A stretch of DNA of 64,000 bases from Treponemataceae bacterium (GTDB lineage Bacteria; Spirochaetota; Spirochaetia; Treponematales; Rectinemataceae), in assembly GCA_963678065.2 (NCBI GenBank), contig CAXXVZ010000003.1, positions 1,184,001 to 1,248,000 of the forward strand, given 5' to 3'. Each line of letters begins with the position of its first letter. The stretch's first letter is position 1. Both the position numbers and the translations under genes were made by a program. The notes under the pieces are model-generated. The model had not been told where the DNA came from. It saw nothing but the letters and a program-made list of their open reading frames with translations, and made no database searches. Positions 1-8,704 of this stretch are shown here, one piece after another.

Positions 1-482
1 TCGATACGGAATCGGGTGAATGAATCCATGATCCCCGCCAGGAACAGCCTCTGGAATCCCTTCGTCGAAAGGAATACGGAGATCGCGGCGATGTTGAAAA
101 GACCGGAGACCGCCGACGACTCGTCGCCCGTCGCAGGATCGAGGATCGAGGCGGAGCCGAATCCCGAGACCGGTGAGAGATATCCCGCGGCGAGGGAAAG
201 CGAGGAGAAGAGGAGGGTCAGGAAGAAACCCGTCACCGCCCCCGCGAGGAATTCACCGACAAGGGTCAGAAGGTAAGCGGACTCGCTCGCCGGGATGGAG
301 TAGCCCGCGGCCGCCACTGCCGGCATGACGGCGGCGGCCGAAAGGAGGGCGATCCCCGCCTTCGCCGCGCGGGGAATTCCCGGCCCGGAGAAGAGAGGAG
401 CCGTCGCGACGATGCCGGCGATCCTCGCGACCACGCAGGGGAAGATCAGGGCATCGGCGCCGGGGGCGAAGGGAAGTTCCAT
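1..482 (-). CDS. fliR: Flagellar export gate protein FliR (5' part; runs off the window edge)
   Basis: Not in the ORF track. Manual translation from ATG at 482: MELPFAPGADALIFPCVVARIAGIVATAPLFSGPGIPRAAKAGIALL...LVGEFLAGAVTGFF...GFGSASILDPATG, matching FliR motifs (R-x-x-G...APLFS...IP...K, E-x-x-x-G, DP). Starts 1 nt after the fliQ stop. Confidence 0.9.
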   Translation of the reverse strand, partial: MELPFAPGADALIFPCVVARIAGIVATAPLFSGPGIPRAAKAGIALLSAAAVMPAVAAAGYSIPASESAYLLTLVGEFLAGAVTGFFLTLLFSSLSLAAGYLSPVSGFGSASILDPATGDESSAVSGLFNIAAISVFLSTKGFQRLFLAGIMDSFTRFRI

Positions 483-483
483 G

Positions 484-753
484 TCAGCGCGCCATCGACG
501 GGATGAGGGCGAATATCTGTCGGGTATAGTCCCCGAGACTTCCGAGAATCCAGCCGCCGAGCAGGGCCAGGATGAGAAGCACGGCGGCGAGCTTCGGAAC
601 GAAGGAGATGGCCTGGTCCTGAACCGCGGTCACGGCCTGGATGATGGCGGCGAGGAGGCCGGCGAGGAGGGCAGCCCCGAGCACAGGGGCGGACAGTATC
701 AAAATTTTGAAAAGTCCCGAACGGAGGAGGGCCGCGAAATCCGGTGCGTGCAT
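484..753 (-). CDS. fliQ: Flagellar export gate protein FliQ
   Basis: 89 aa hydrophobic protein with QAVTAVQDQAISFVPKL (FliQ QAxTQIQEQTLxFVPK motif); lies between fliP and fliR. Confidence 0.95.
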   Translation of the reverse strand: MHAPDFAALLRSGLFKILILSAPVLGAALLAGLLAAIIQAVTAVQDQAISFVPKLAAVLLILALLGGWILGSLGDYTRQIFALIPSMAR

Positions 754-766
754 CTTCCCGACCTCC

Positions 767-1600
767 TCACATGAAGGACTGTACGAGCTGCCGTGCCAAG
801 AGTCCCCAGCCGTCGGCGAGGACGAAGACGGCCAGCTTGAAGGGCAGGGAAATCATCGCGGGAGGAACCATGACCATGCCCATGGACATAAGGATGGCCG
901 CGACGACCATGTCGATGACGATGAAGGGTATAAAAAGGAGGATACCGATGCGGAAGGCGACTGTCAGCTCGTGGAGGGCGAAGGCCGGAACGAGGACATA
1001 GGTCGGAACCTCCGCCAGGGTCGCGGGTTTGGGCAGGCCCCTCATCGACATGAACATCCTGATGTTGTCCGGACTCTCTCGCATCTGGTTGTACATGAAG
1101 AGACGGAACGGCTTTTCGGCCTCAGACCAGGCTTGGCCGCTCGAGATGCTCCCCTCGGAGAGCGGCTTCAGGGATCTCTCGTAGACTGTCGTGAAGGTCG
1201 GCCACATGACGAAGACTGTGAGGATGAGGGCGAGCCCGGCCATGATCTGCGCCGAGGGGGCCTGCTGGAGCGAGAGGGCGCGTTTCATGAAATCGAGGAC
1301 GATCGATATCCTGAGGAAACTCGTCGCGAGGATGAGGATGCTCGGCGCCACGGCGAGGACAGTTATGAGGAGGATGAGCTCGACCGATTGGGCGTTTCCG
1401 CTCCCTCCCGAGACCCCCTGTATATTCAAGTCGACAAGAGGAAGTTCCGAAAGGGTGGATGTATCGCCTTTTGCTCCGGCTCCGCGGGCCGCAGAACGCC
1501 CCGCGCTCCCCGGAGCAGCCGCAAAAGCCGGCGTCGCGGCGAGAATGAGGAGGAAAAAGAGAGAGATGCAGGCGATCGGGCGGAGTGCTCCTCGCTTCAT
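767..1600 (-). CDS. fliP: Flagellar export gate protein FliP
   Basis: Signal peptide, then LAVAPSILILATSFLRISIVL, PAFALHELTVAFRIG, IPFIVIDMVVAAILMSMGMVMVPPAMISLPFKL, DGWGLL. Confidence 0.97.
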   Translation of the reverse strand: MKRGALRPIACISLFFLLILAATPAFAAAPGSAGRSAARGAGAKGDTSTLSELPLVDLNIQGVSGGSGNAQSVELILLITVLAVAPSILILATSFLRISIVLDFMKRALSLQQAPSAQIMAGLALILTVFVMWPTFTTVYERSLKPLSEGSISSGQAWSEAEKPFRLFMYNQMRESPDNIRMFMSMRGLPKPATLAEVPTYVLVPAFALHELTVAFRIGILLFIPFIVIDMVVAAILMSMGMVMVPPAMISLPFKLAVFVLADGWGLLARQLVQSFM

Positions 1601-2358
1601 CGATCTCCCCCTTTCCGATATTTGTCGAGTCTCCCTCTCTGGGCAAAGAGGATGCCGCGGGCTGCATCTCCGGCGCCGGAAGATCCACTGCCAACTCCGC
1701 GACCGGCGTCCCGGGGTTTTCCCGCCACCGCGCCCGCCCCTTTCCTCCCAGGCCCCGAGGCCGAGAGAAGGCGGCGAAGACTGAGGCCGAGGGAGTGGGA
1801 AAAAGAGCCGGACGAGGCTCGGCCCCGGATGGGCGGGGCTGATTTTGCGCGGCGCAGGAGATCCTGCACGAGTTCGGGATCATCCAGAGTATCGATGAGA
1901 CTGACCGAGGATTCGGAGGTCGCGACGAGCCATGCCTTGGATCCGAGACAGACGGCGTAGACGGCTTTCCCCGGGCCGAGGGCTGCCGAAGCCGCCACCT
2001 TGATCGGGCTGTCTCCCTCATCGGCGCGCGGCGAGGACTTCCGGACAAGGACTATGGCCAGATAGACTCCGCCGGCGAGGAAGAAGAGGACGATGACGAT
2101 GCGAAGGAGAGATGATGATCCCGGAGCGGAGCCTTGTTTCGCGGGGTTCCCTGCCCCAGCCCCATCGAGAAGGATGGTCTTTTCCTCTTGCTGGCCAAAG
2201 ACTGCTGCGCCCGCGGTCGCGTTGCCGGTGCCCCCGACGGCGGCACTGGACTGGGCGCAGACGAGGCTCAAAGGAAGGACGAGCGCGAAAAGACAAAGAA
2301 TGAGAGCCTTGGATTTCAAAAAATCCTCCCCTTGCAGCGGCATGATCCGTTCACCCAA
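1597..2358 (-). CDS. fliO: FliO/FliZ-family export gate chaperone (start may be ATG at 2343)
   Basis: Signal-like N-terminus, one TM helix, then IKVAASAALGPGKAVYAVCLGSKAWLVATSESSVSLIDTL (FliO pattern). Stop overlaps the fliP ATG (ATGA). Confidence 0.85.
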   Translation of the reverse strand: MGERIMPLQGEDFLKSKALILCLFALVLPLSLVCAQSSAAVGGTGNATAGAAVFGQQEEKTILLDGAGAGNPAKQGSAPGSSSLLRIVIVLFFLAGGVYLAIVLVRKSSPRADEGDSPIKVAASAALGPGKAVYAVCLGSKAWLVATSESSVSLIDTLDDPELVQDLLRRAKSAPPIRGRASSGSFSHSLGLSLRRLLSASGPGRKGAGAVAGKPRDAGRGVGSGSSGAGDAARGILFAQRGRLDKYRKGGDR

Positions 2359-2436
2359 GGGCCATCCTGACCCTGATCAAGAAACGGCCCGAACGGAATC
2401 TGCCCGCGCCCCCTTCAGTTCCGGAGCGCTTCAAGT

Positions 2437-3948
2437 TTACTTTATGGCCCCGAAGGATGCAAGCGAAACGCCTTTTCCGCTGCCGGCGCGGGCGAGACAG
2501 CCCCATGCGGCGGGGACAGACCCGTCGAGCACGCAGAGTTCCCGGATTTCCGTCCGGACGCCCGCATCCGCGCAGGCGGCATATTCTCCGTATTCCATGC
2601 TCATCGGGGGGCCGGCTACCTTGCGCAGAGGCAAGAGCCGGCGCATAGCCTCCCCCTCCACGAGCCAGGCAAGTCTTTCGGAGCTTCCCTCGCTGAAACA
2701 GACGTCGAAATTGAAACTGAAATAGTGTTCGGGAAGATCGTGCACAAAACAGTTCCCCGCGCTGATTCCCGGGGACATTCCTCCCGGGGGCACAGAGAGG
2801 GGCGCGGGAAAAACATGAAAGGCGACGAGGAAGGCCGCTGTCCAGGCGAGCGCGAACTCCTGGATACAGAGTGAGGCGAAGGGGTCGAAGCCTGCCAGGC
2901 CGGGATCGAGGTCCGCGGAAGCGATGAGGGCATCGGCGAGCCGGGGGCCGAGGATGAGGCCGGCGTTTCCTTCCTGACCGCCAGGGCAGGCAAATCGGAT
3001 TCCTGTCACCCGGTCCCGGTGGCTGACCGACCACCCCGTCATGCCAGGGTCGGCCACGGCTCCCTCATCCCGGGTCGCGACAGACAGAAGGGCAATCTTC
3101 ACATCGAGACCCGATGCCTTCGAGAAGGCATCCGACAAGCCCTCCTCGTGGCGGCTGACCCTCGCCGCGAGGATGCTCCGATAGAGATCTCCGAACGACT
3201 GTCCTTCTTCTGGTTCCCGTATTCTGAGGACATCCCTCTCGCCTAGATGCCTCCACTGCGCCGCGTCTACGTCGAGCACCCCGATAACCGGGCGCAGGGG
3301 AACAGGCACAGGGCATGGCGACGGGTAGGAAGAGGGACGCGCGTAGGCGCCGAGGCCCCGGGGCAGGGCTGCCGCAAGCACAATATATCCAATAAAACTA
3401 CTTTTATATATATCTATTTGTGCACACAAACAGATACTGTCAAAACGATAATCCATTTCAGGAAAATAGCTTGCCTCTTTGTTCCTTTCGACGGAAAAAT
3501 CCATGCCGAAGGCTGGAGGCAGGGCGCACAATACCGCATCCCGAAGGATTCCATCCGTCTTTTCCATGACCTCGGACTCGAGGAGGCTGAGAGCCCGTTC
3601 GAGCCTGCCGCAGCCTCCCGGGCCCTTGCCACCCCCGAGCAGCCCGTCAAGAACGAAAAACGTGAGGCCGGGATCGAAGGACACGCGCAGCGACACCGTC
3701 AGACCCGAAGGGTGGAGCGTCGAGCCGGCGGCAGCGCTGCAGACTTCGAAGCCAAGACTGTAGGGAAAAAACACTGCTTCATCAGGGAAGGCCGAGACCG
3801 ACGACAGGACTGCCCTTACGGCCGAACCAGACAGTTCCGGAAACCTTGGCGCCACGGACTCGGCAAAACCTTCGGCGAAGAGGATTCCGCGGCCCAGAAT
3901 CCGTTCGGTCTCGACTCCGGGAGCGCCCAGCGCGGACTCCAGCCTCAT
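2437..3948 (-). CDS. Divergent C-ring protein, apparent FliM-FliY(FliN) fusion lacking the CheY-binding N-terminus
   Basis: FliM middle-domain motif LDGLLGGGKG...RALSLLESEVM; SpoA-like VPLRPVIGVLDVDAAQWRHLGERDVLRI; a second CheC-like block (LSDAFSKASGLDVKI...GLILGPRLADALI...CIQEF); a degenerate SpoA-like tail (SMEYG...ELCVLD...FG). Occupies the fliM-fliY position before fliO. Confidence 0.65.
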   Translation of the reverse strand: MRLESALGAPGVETERILGRGILFAEGFAESVAPRFPELSGSAVRAVLSSVSAFPDEAVFFPYSLGFEVCSAAAGSTLHPSGLTVSLRVSFDPGLTFFVLDGLLGGGKGPGGCGRLERALSLLESEVMEKTDGILRDAVLCALPPAFGMDFSVERNKEASYFPEMDYRFDSICLCAQIDIYKSSFIGYIVLAAALPRGLGAYARPSSYPSPCPVPVPLRPVIGVLDVDAAQWRHLGERDVLRIREPEEGQSFGDLYRSILAARVSRHEEGLSDAFSKASGLDVKIALLSVATRDEGAVADPGMTGWSVSHRDRVTGIRFACPGGQEGNAGLILGPRLADALIASADLDPGLAGFDPFASLCIQEFALAWTAAFLVAFHVFPAPLSVPPGGMSPGISAGNCFVHDLPEHYFSFNFDVCFSEGSSERLAWLVEGEAMRRLLPLRKVAGPPMSMEYGEYAACADAGVRTEIRELCVLDGSVPAAWGCLARAGSGKGVSLASFGAIK

Positions 3949-4328
3949 AGGGCTTCCCTCTTGCGTTTTTCCGCCACTCTCGCCTCTTTCTGCCTGCGGT
4001 CGACCAGGCGTTCGAGGACGAGCCGCTCTGTGCGGGCCTCCCCGTAGAGTCCCAGAGCGGAAGCCAGCCCCTCTTCCGCCCCGGCTCTCTGCGCTTCGAG
4101 GGCGAGCCGCTCGGTTTCCTTCTTCTCGATAAAGGCCCCGAGGTTGTCGATCGCCGAGAGCGTTTCGGCCGCCGGCCTCTCACCGGGCGGGAAATGGGAA
4201 TTTTCCGAAAGTCGATCCCGGATTCCCGCGAGCCTTCCCGAAACCTCGGCGACCCGCATGCCTGCGAGATCCTCTCTGTATTCCCTGAGCTCATGCATCC
4301 ATTCAGGAAGGGGATCGCCGGTTTTCAT
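3945..4328 (-). CDS. fliJ: FliJ-like coiled-coil export protein
   Basis: 127 aa helical protein directly after fliI (ATGA overlap); LRE+REx...ERLVLERL pattern resembles FliJ. Confidence 0.7.
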   Translation of the reverse strand: MKTGDPLPEWMHELREYREDLAGMRVAEVSGRLAGIRDRLSENSHFPPGERPAAETLSAIDNLGAFIEKKETERLALEAQRAGAEEGLASALGLYGEARTERLVLERLVDRRQKEARVAEKRKREAL

Positions 4329-5662
4329 GCTTTGGTTCCACCATTGACTTCTGTATGTCTGAAAATAGACAACATTTCATCCATGATTGCGTCAAGCCCG
4401 AAGCTTTCACGCCTTTCCTGGGCCAGGAAGCTGTCGATCCGGGGCTTCAGGAGGATCGCTTCGTCGACTTCCGCGTTCGATCCGCGCACGTAGGCGCCCA
4501 CAGCTATCATATCTTCGTACCGCTCGTAGACTGCGAGAGTCTTCCGTATCCGTTTCATGAGGAGGAGTTCGCCGCTCTCCGTCACCGCAGTTTCGACCCT
4601 GGATACCGATTTGAGCGGGTCCACGGCCGGATACTGGCCGCGCTCGGCGAGACTCCGCGAGAGCACGATGTGGCCATCGAGCATGGACCGGAGGGCGTCC
4701 GCGATCGGCTCGTCGGGATCGTCCCCCTCCACCAGCACGGAATAGATGCCGGTTATGGAGCCCGAATCTGAAGTCCCGGCCCGCTCCAGAAGGCGCGGCA
4801 GGAGGTCGAAGACGCTGGGTGGATAGCCCCGGGCGGAGGCCGGTTCGCCGGAGGCGAGACCGATTTCGCGCTGCGCTTTCGCGAGCCGCGACAGGGAATC
4901 GAAGACAAGGAGGACATCGAGCCCTTGCTCCCGGAAGTACTCGGCCGCCGCGGTGGCGAGGAGGGCTCCCCTGATCCGGGCCAGCGCGGGGCTGTCCGAG
5001 GTCGAGACGACGACGACGGAGCGGGCCAGTCCTTCCGCTCCGAGTTCGCTCTCCACGAACTCGCGGACCTCGCGTCCCCTCTCTCCGATGAGGGCGATCA
5101 CATTGACGTCGGCCTTGCCTCCCCGCGCCATCATGCCGAGGAGAGTGCTCTTGCCGACGCCGGAGCCCGCGAAAACGCCGATCCTCTGGCCCAGGCCGAG
5201 GGGAACCATGCCGTCGACAGCCTTGACGCCCGTGAGGAAACGGCTGTCTATCCTCCTGCGCGACAGAGGTTCGGGAGCGGCCGCCCTGAGATTCCGGTAT
5301 TCGCCTTCAGTCACAGGGGGAAGGCCGTCCAGCGGCCTTCCCCGGGAGTCGATCACCCGTCCGAGAAGGGAGGATGACATCGCGACGCCGGCGGCGAGGC
5401 CGCTCGCGATGACGGGGCATCCGATTTCGATGCCCTCCATGCTCTCGTAGGACATGAGGCGGACGCTGTCCACGCCGAGTCCCACGACTTCGGCTTCCAT
5501 GGAGCGGCCGGTCTGGGGAATCACGATCCGGCACAATTCGCCGAGGACGGCCCTGGGACCGCGGCTCTCCACGAGAAGGCCGCGAACCATCGTGACCCGG
5601 CCGGTGTGGAGGATGGGATTGGCGTTCGTGGCCGCTTCGATAGCCGGCGCAAGGAGGCCCAT
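4325..5662 (-). CDS. fliI: Flagellar/type III export ATPase FliI
   Basis: Walker A GSGVGKST, LIGERGREV, VFDSLSRLAKAQREIGL, GYPPSVF, LLERAG, LDGHIVLSRSLA, YPAVD. Start set at ATG 5662 behind GAGGGTGA. Confidence 0.96.
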   Translation of the reverse strand: MGLLAPAIEAATNANPILHTGRVTMVRGLLVESRGPRAVLGELCRIVIPQTGRSMEAEVVGLGVDSVRLMSYESMEGIEIGCPVIASGLAAGVAMSSSLLGRVIDSRGRPLDGLPPVTEGEYRNLRAAAPEPLSRRRIDSRFLTGVKAVDGMVPLGLGQRIGVFAGSGVGKSTLLGMMARGGKADVNVIALIGERGREVREFVESELGAEGLARSVVVVSTSDSPALARIRGALLATAAAEYFREQGLDVLLVFDSLSRLAKAQREIGLASGEPASARGYPPSVFDLLPRLLERAGTSDSGSITGIYSVLVEGDDPDEPIADALRSMLDGHIVLSRSLAERGQYPAVDPLKSVSRVETAVTESGELLLMKRIRKTLAVYERYEDMIAVGAYVRGSNAEVDEAILLKPRIDSFLAQERRESFGLDAIMDEMLSIFRHTEVNGGTKA

Positions 5663-5667
5663 CGCGA

Positions 5668-6540
5668 TCACCCTCTTGAAGCCGCGGCGCCGAGGTCCGC
5701 GACAATCGGTCCGGGCGCCGGCCCGCGCAGGACAGTCTCCATGGCTGCGAGCATCGACTCGATCCGCGCGTCGATCCACCCGGAAGATGTCTCGAGGACG
5801 CAGCCGCCGGGCTGAATGGCGGGATCGGCCTCTATCCGCACTCCGCTCGAGGCAATCCCGACTCCCGGGGCGGCGGAAGTTTCATGGCCGAGGGCGGCGC
5901 GGACAGCCTCGAGGTCGGCGGGGGAAACCGAGAGAAGGAGGGGTCGGGCGTTCCCGAGGAGGGAGAGGAGTCTGGGAACTGTTTCCGCGACGACAGCGCG
6001 GGAGTCGGCGCAGGCGCCACCCACAATCTTGCGCGCCACGAGGAGAGAGAGCTCGATGAGTTCGGCTCCGGCGTCCCTGATGGCGGAGCTCCGGGTCGCC
6101 TCCGCCCGCGAGTGGATGGCCTCGATCGAGGCGACGATGGAGCGCGCCCGATCCATGCCCTGGGCGAAACCCCGCGCTTCGCCTTCGGCGCGGACTTTTT
6201 CACGTTCCAGATCCGCCTGTCCCCTGGCAGTCGCGAGCAATTCATCGGCCTCGCGGCGCGCCTCGCCGAGAATGCGGGCGGTTTGAGCCTCCATATTCGC
6301 CATGGACTCAGCTTCATACCGGGCGAGTCTTCCGCGGATTTCCTTTTCCGCGTCGGAGAGGGCCTGGGCGCGGGCTTCCTCGTAGACAAGGATTGCCTGT
6401 TCGCGCCACTGTGCCTTGAAAATCCCGATCTCGCCGAGAGCTTCCGACTCGGCGTCGAAAGCGAAAGCCTCCGTCCGTTCCGGCTTCACGTCCGCTGTCG
6501 GGTACGGCGCGTCGCCTTCCGGTGAGTGCAGCGTGCTCAT
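5668..6540 (-). CDS. fliH: Flagellar export ATPase regulator FliH
   Basis: GxxxG-type repeat (EGEARGFAQG), C-terminal DPAIQPGGCVLETSSGWIDARIESML; spirochaete-like PTAD...FKAQW N-terminus. Confidence 0.92.
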   Translation of the reverse strand: MSTLHSPEGDAPYPTADVKPERTEAFAFDAESEALGEIGIFKAQWREQAILVYEEARAQALSDAEKEIRGRLARYEAESMANMEAQTARILGEARREADELLATARGQADLEREKVRAEGEARGFAQGMDRARSIVASIEAIHSRAEATRSSAIRDAGAELIELSLLVARKIVGGACADSRAVVAETVPRLLSLLGNARPLLLSVSPADLEAVRAALGHETSAAPGVGIASSGVRIEADPAIQPGGCVLETSSGWIDARIESMLAAMETVLRGPAPGPIVADLGAAASRG

Positions 6541-7238
6541 TGTTTTTCGGTCGCCCTGCCGCCGGCTCGGGCCTCGGCCCGGCCCGCCTTCCGCAGAGCC
6601 TCCCTGATGGCCCTGGCGATGCCTGGATGGCCCGAATCGAGCTCACCCATGATTCTCCTGCCCGACTGGCCGTCGACGCATTCCAGGATGCGGGCGAGGG
6701 ATTCGGGGCCGGATTCCGTTCCGGAATCCGGGGATTTCCTCCCATCGGGGCAGGAGGCTTCTTCTCTCGCTGTCCTTCCCTTTCCCGCGGGGCCGAGCCG
6801 GGTCTCCAGCACGCGCTCCACAGTCCTGACAGTTTCCGGGGCCGCCCTGTCGATGGAAGCAATGCGCCGCGCGATGTCCGATTGCATGGCTGCGGGGAGA
6901 TTGCGCAGGACGAAGGCCGCCCCTTCCGGCTCCATTCTGGAAAGCACGAGGGCTATGGTCTGAGGATGTTCGGAGCCCACAAGTTCGAGAATCCGCCCGG
7001 GATCGGCCTCTCCGGAAGCTTCCGTTGCCCGGTTCCTGTCCATGTGACCGCAGAAGGACCTCAGGGCATCGTACTTTTCGTCCTGATCGATGCAGTCCAG
7101 ACAGGAGATCTCGGCGGCGAGGCACTCTACCTCGGAGGGCGCGAGATGTCGGAAAACCTCCGCCGAGATGTCGGAGCCCAGTGTCACGAGGAGAAGGGCC
7201 GCCTTCCTGCGGGAACCCTGCGCGTCGCCGCCACTCAT
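6537..7238 (-). CDS. fliG: FliG, C-terminally truncated (N and middle domains only)
   Basis: KAALLLVTLG...AEVFRHL, EHPQTIALVLS, IARRIASIDR...VERVLE, ARILECVD. Ends where the MFxF motif and torque domain should begin. ATG at 7238 overlaps the fliF stop; stop overlaps the fliH ATG. Confidence 0.88.
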   Translation of the reverse strand: MSGGDAQGSRRKAALLLVTLGSDISAEVFRHLAPSEVECLAAEISCLDCIDQDEKYDALRSFCGHMDRNRATEASGEADPGRILELVGSEHPQTIALVLSRMEPEGAAFVLRNLPAAMQSDIARRIASIDRAAPETVRTVERVLETRLGPAGKGRTAREEASCPDGRKSPDSGTESGPESLARILECVDGQSGRRIMGELDSGHPGIARAIREALRKAGRAEARAGGRATEKQ

Positions 7239-8704
7239 GATTCGTTTTCCTCGCTGATCCACGAGCGGATGAGTCGGGCGACCTCGGCAGGGTCCTTGCG
7301 CGCCAGCTCGGCCGCTTCCTCCTGCAGACTGGCGCGGCGCCGCTCGAGAAGCTCGGTGTCGTCGGGGCTCATCCCCGCGCCGTCGCGCCCGGCTCCCGCG
7401 CCGGAGTTACGCGCGAGGCGGGCCTTCGTCAGGGAAACGACAAGAAGCACAAAAAGCACAAGAGCGAGGGCCGCGGCAGCCACGAAACCCGTCCGGTAGA
7501 GCCTGTCCGAATCCGCCTTGGCGAAATACGCCGCGTCCTCTGCTTTGAACTGGGCTGTCCTGTCGAAGGGGATGTTGCGGACAGTGAGCGAGTCGCCGCG
7601 CGCGGGCTTGAAGCCGACAGCGTCGCGGATGAGTTCCTCTGCCTGGGAGAGCTCGGCCGCCGGAATGGGGCTGTACTCCCTCTCTATCCCTCCGCGGGGA
7701 TTCACGAGGGGCTTCCCTTTCATGTCGTAGGAGGTTTTCCACAGGCCGTCTATGTTGACCGAGACGGAGATCCTGCCGATGAAGGGCGTGGATTCTTCGT
7801 CGATGCGGCCTGTGCCGGGCGCCGCGCTGCCGACCGCCGGGCCTGACGCATCCGTCTCGATCCTGACGGCGAGGTCGCGCACACGGTCGGCAGTGTAGAT
7901 CTGCTGGAGGGTTTTCAGGACCTGAGCCCGGTAACGCGATTCCATCTCGCGGACAAGCTTCTGCCGGGCGACCGTCTTTTCCAGATGGCCGAGGGGGGCT
8001 GATTCCGTCGCATCGTCCAGGACGACTCCGTCGGAATCCGTTATGACGACATTGTCGGCGGAGAGCCCTTCCACGGCGAAGCAGAGTATCCTGCGCACGC
8101 CCGCTATCTTGGCGGGGTTGCGCGCGAAATCGGAACCGGACTTCGTCTGGAGGACGACCGAGGCGGTGACCGGGTTCTGGTCTTCGCTGAAGAGTTCCTT
8201 TTCGGGCATGACGATGGCGACGTCGGCCCTCTCGATATCGTCTATGGACTCGATGTGGCGCTTTACTGCGGCCGTGACGGCTCTTCTGAGATTGACGTTC
8301 CGTTCGAAGTCGGTCGCTGTCCAGCGCTCCATATCGAAGATCGCCCAGGGATCTGTGCCGGTGGGCAGAAGGTCGTCGCGGATGAGGAGGGATCTCGCCC
8401 TGAGGGCGGAAGCCGCGTCGGGCGCGTAGAGGAAGTTTCCGTCGCGCAGCTCGTAGCTCACATTTCCGGCGTCGAGGCTGTGGGTCATCCTGACGAGGAG
8501 GCTCTGGTCTTTGACGGGGGCTCCGAGAATGCGCACCGAAGCCCGGCCCGCCCCGCCGCCCGGAAAAGCTCCGGCCAGGGCGAGAATGAGGATGGCGAGG
8601 ACGAGAACCGCCGCACAGGCGGCGATGAGCGCGATGATGTTGAAGCCGGACTTCTGCCTGAGATCTTTGATCCGCGCGGCGAGTCCATCGATGAATCCGT
8701 TCAT
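7235..8704 (-). CDS. fliF: MS-ring protein FliF (shortened)
   Basis: Two TM segments; DPWAIFDMERWTATDFERNVNLRRA, IVMPEKELF, VTASVVL, AVEGLSADNVVITD, AVGFKPARGDSLTV, and C-terminal ARKDPAEVARLIRSWISEE (spirochaete FliF tail). Confidence 0.93.
   Translation of the reverse strand: MNGFIDGLAARIKDLRQKSGFNIIALIAACAAVLVLAILILALAGAFPGGGAGRASVRILGAPVKDQSLLVRMTHSLDAGNVSYELRDGNFLYAPDAASALRARSLLIRDDLLPTGTDPWAIFDMERWTATDFERNVNLRRAVTAAVKRHIESIDDIERADVAIVMPEKELFSEDQNPVTASVVLQTKSGSDFARNPAKIAGVRRILCFAVEGLSADNVVITDSDGVVLDDATESAPLGHLEKTVARQKLVREMESRYRAQVLKTLQQIYTADRVRDLAVRIETDASGPAVGSAAPGTGRIDEESTPFIGRISVSVNIDGLWKTSYDMKGKPLVNPRGGIEREYSPIPAAELSQAEELIRDAVGFKPARGDSLTVRNIPFDRTAQFKAEDAAYFAKADSDRLYRTGFVAAAALALVLFVLLVVSLTKARLARNSGAGAGRDGAGMSPDDTELLERRRASLQEEAAELARKDPAEVARLIRSWISEENES

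Noticed and set aside
2351..3034. Alternative-frame minus ORF whose end (KVNLKRSG...GRFLIRVR) faintly resembles a FliN C-terminus, hinting at a frameshift
   Set aside because: The rest is Arg/Pro-rich shadow sequence, and the main 503-aa frame has an equally plausible degenerate SpoA tail. Not supportable without an HMM or read check.
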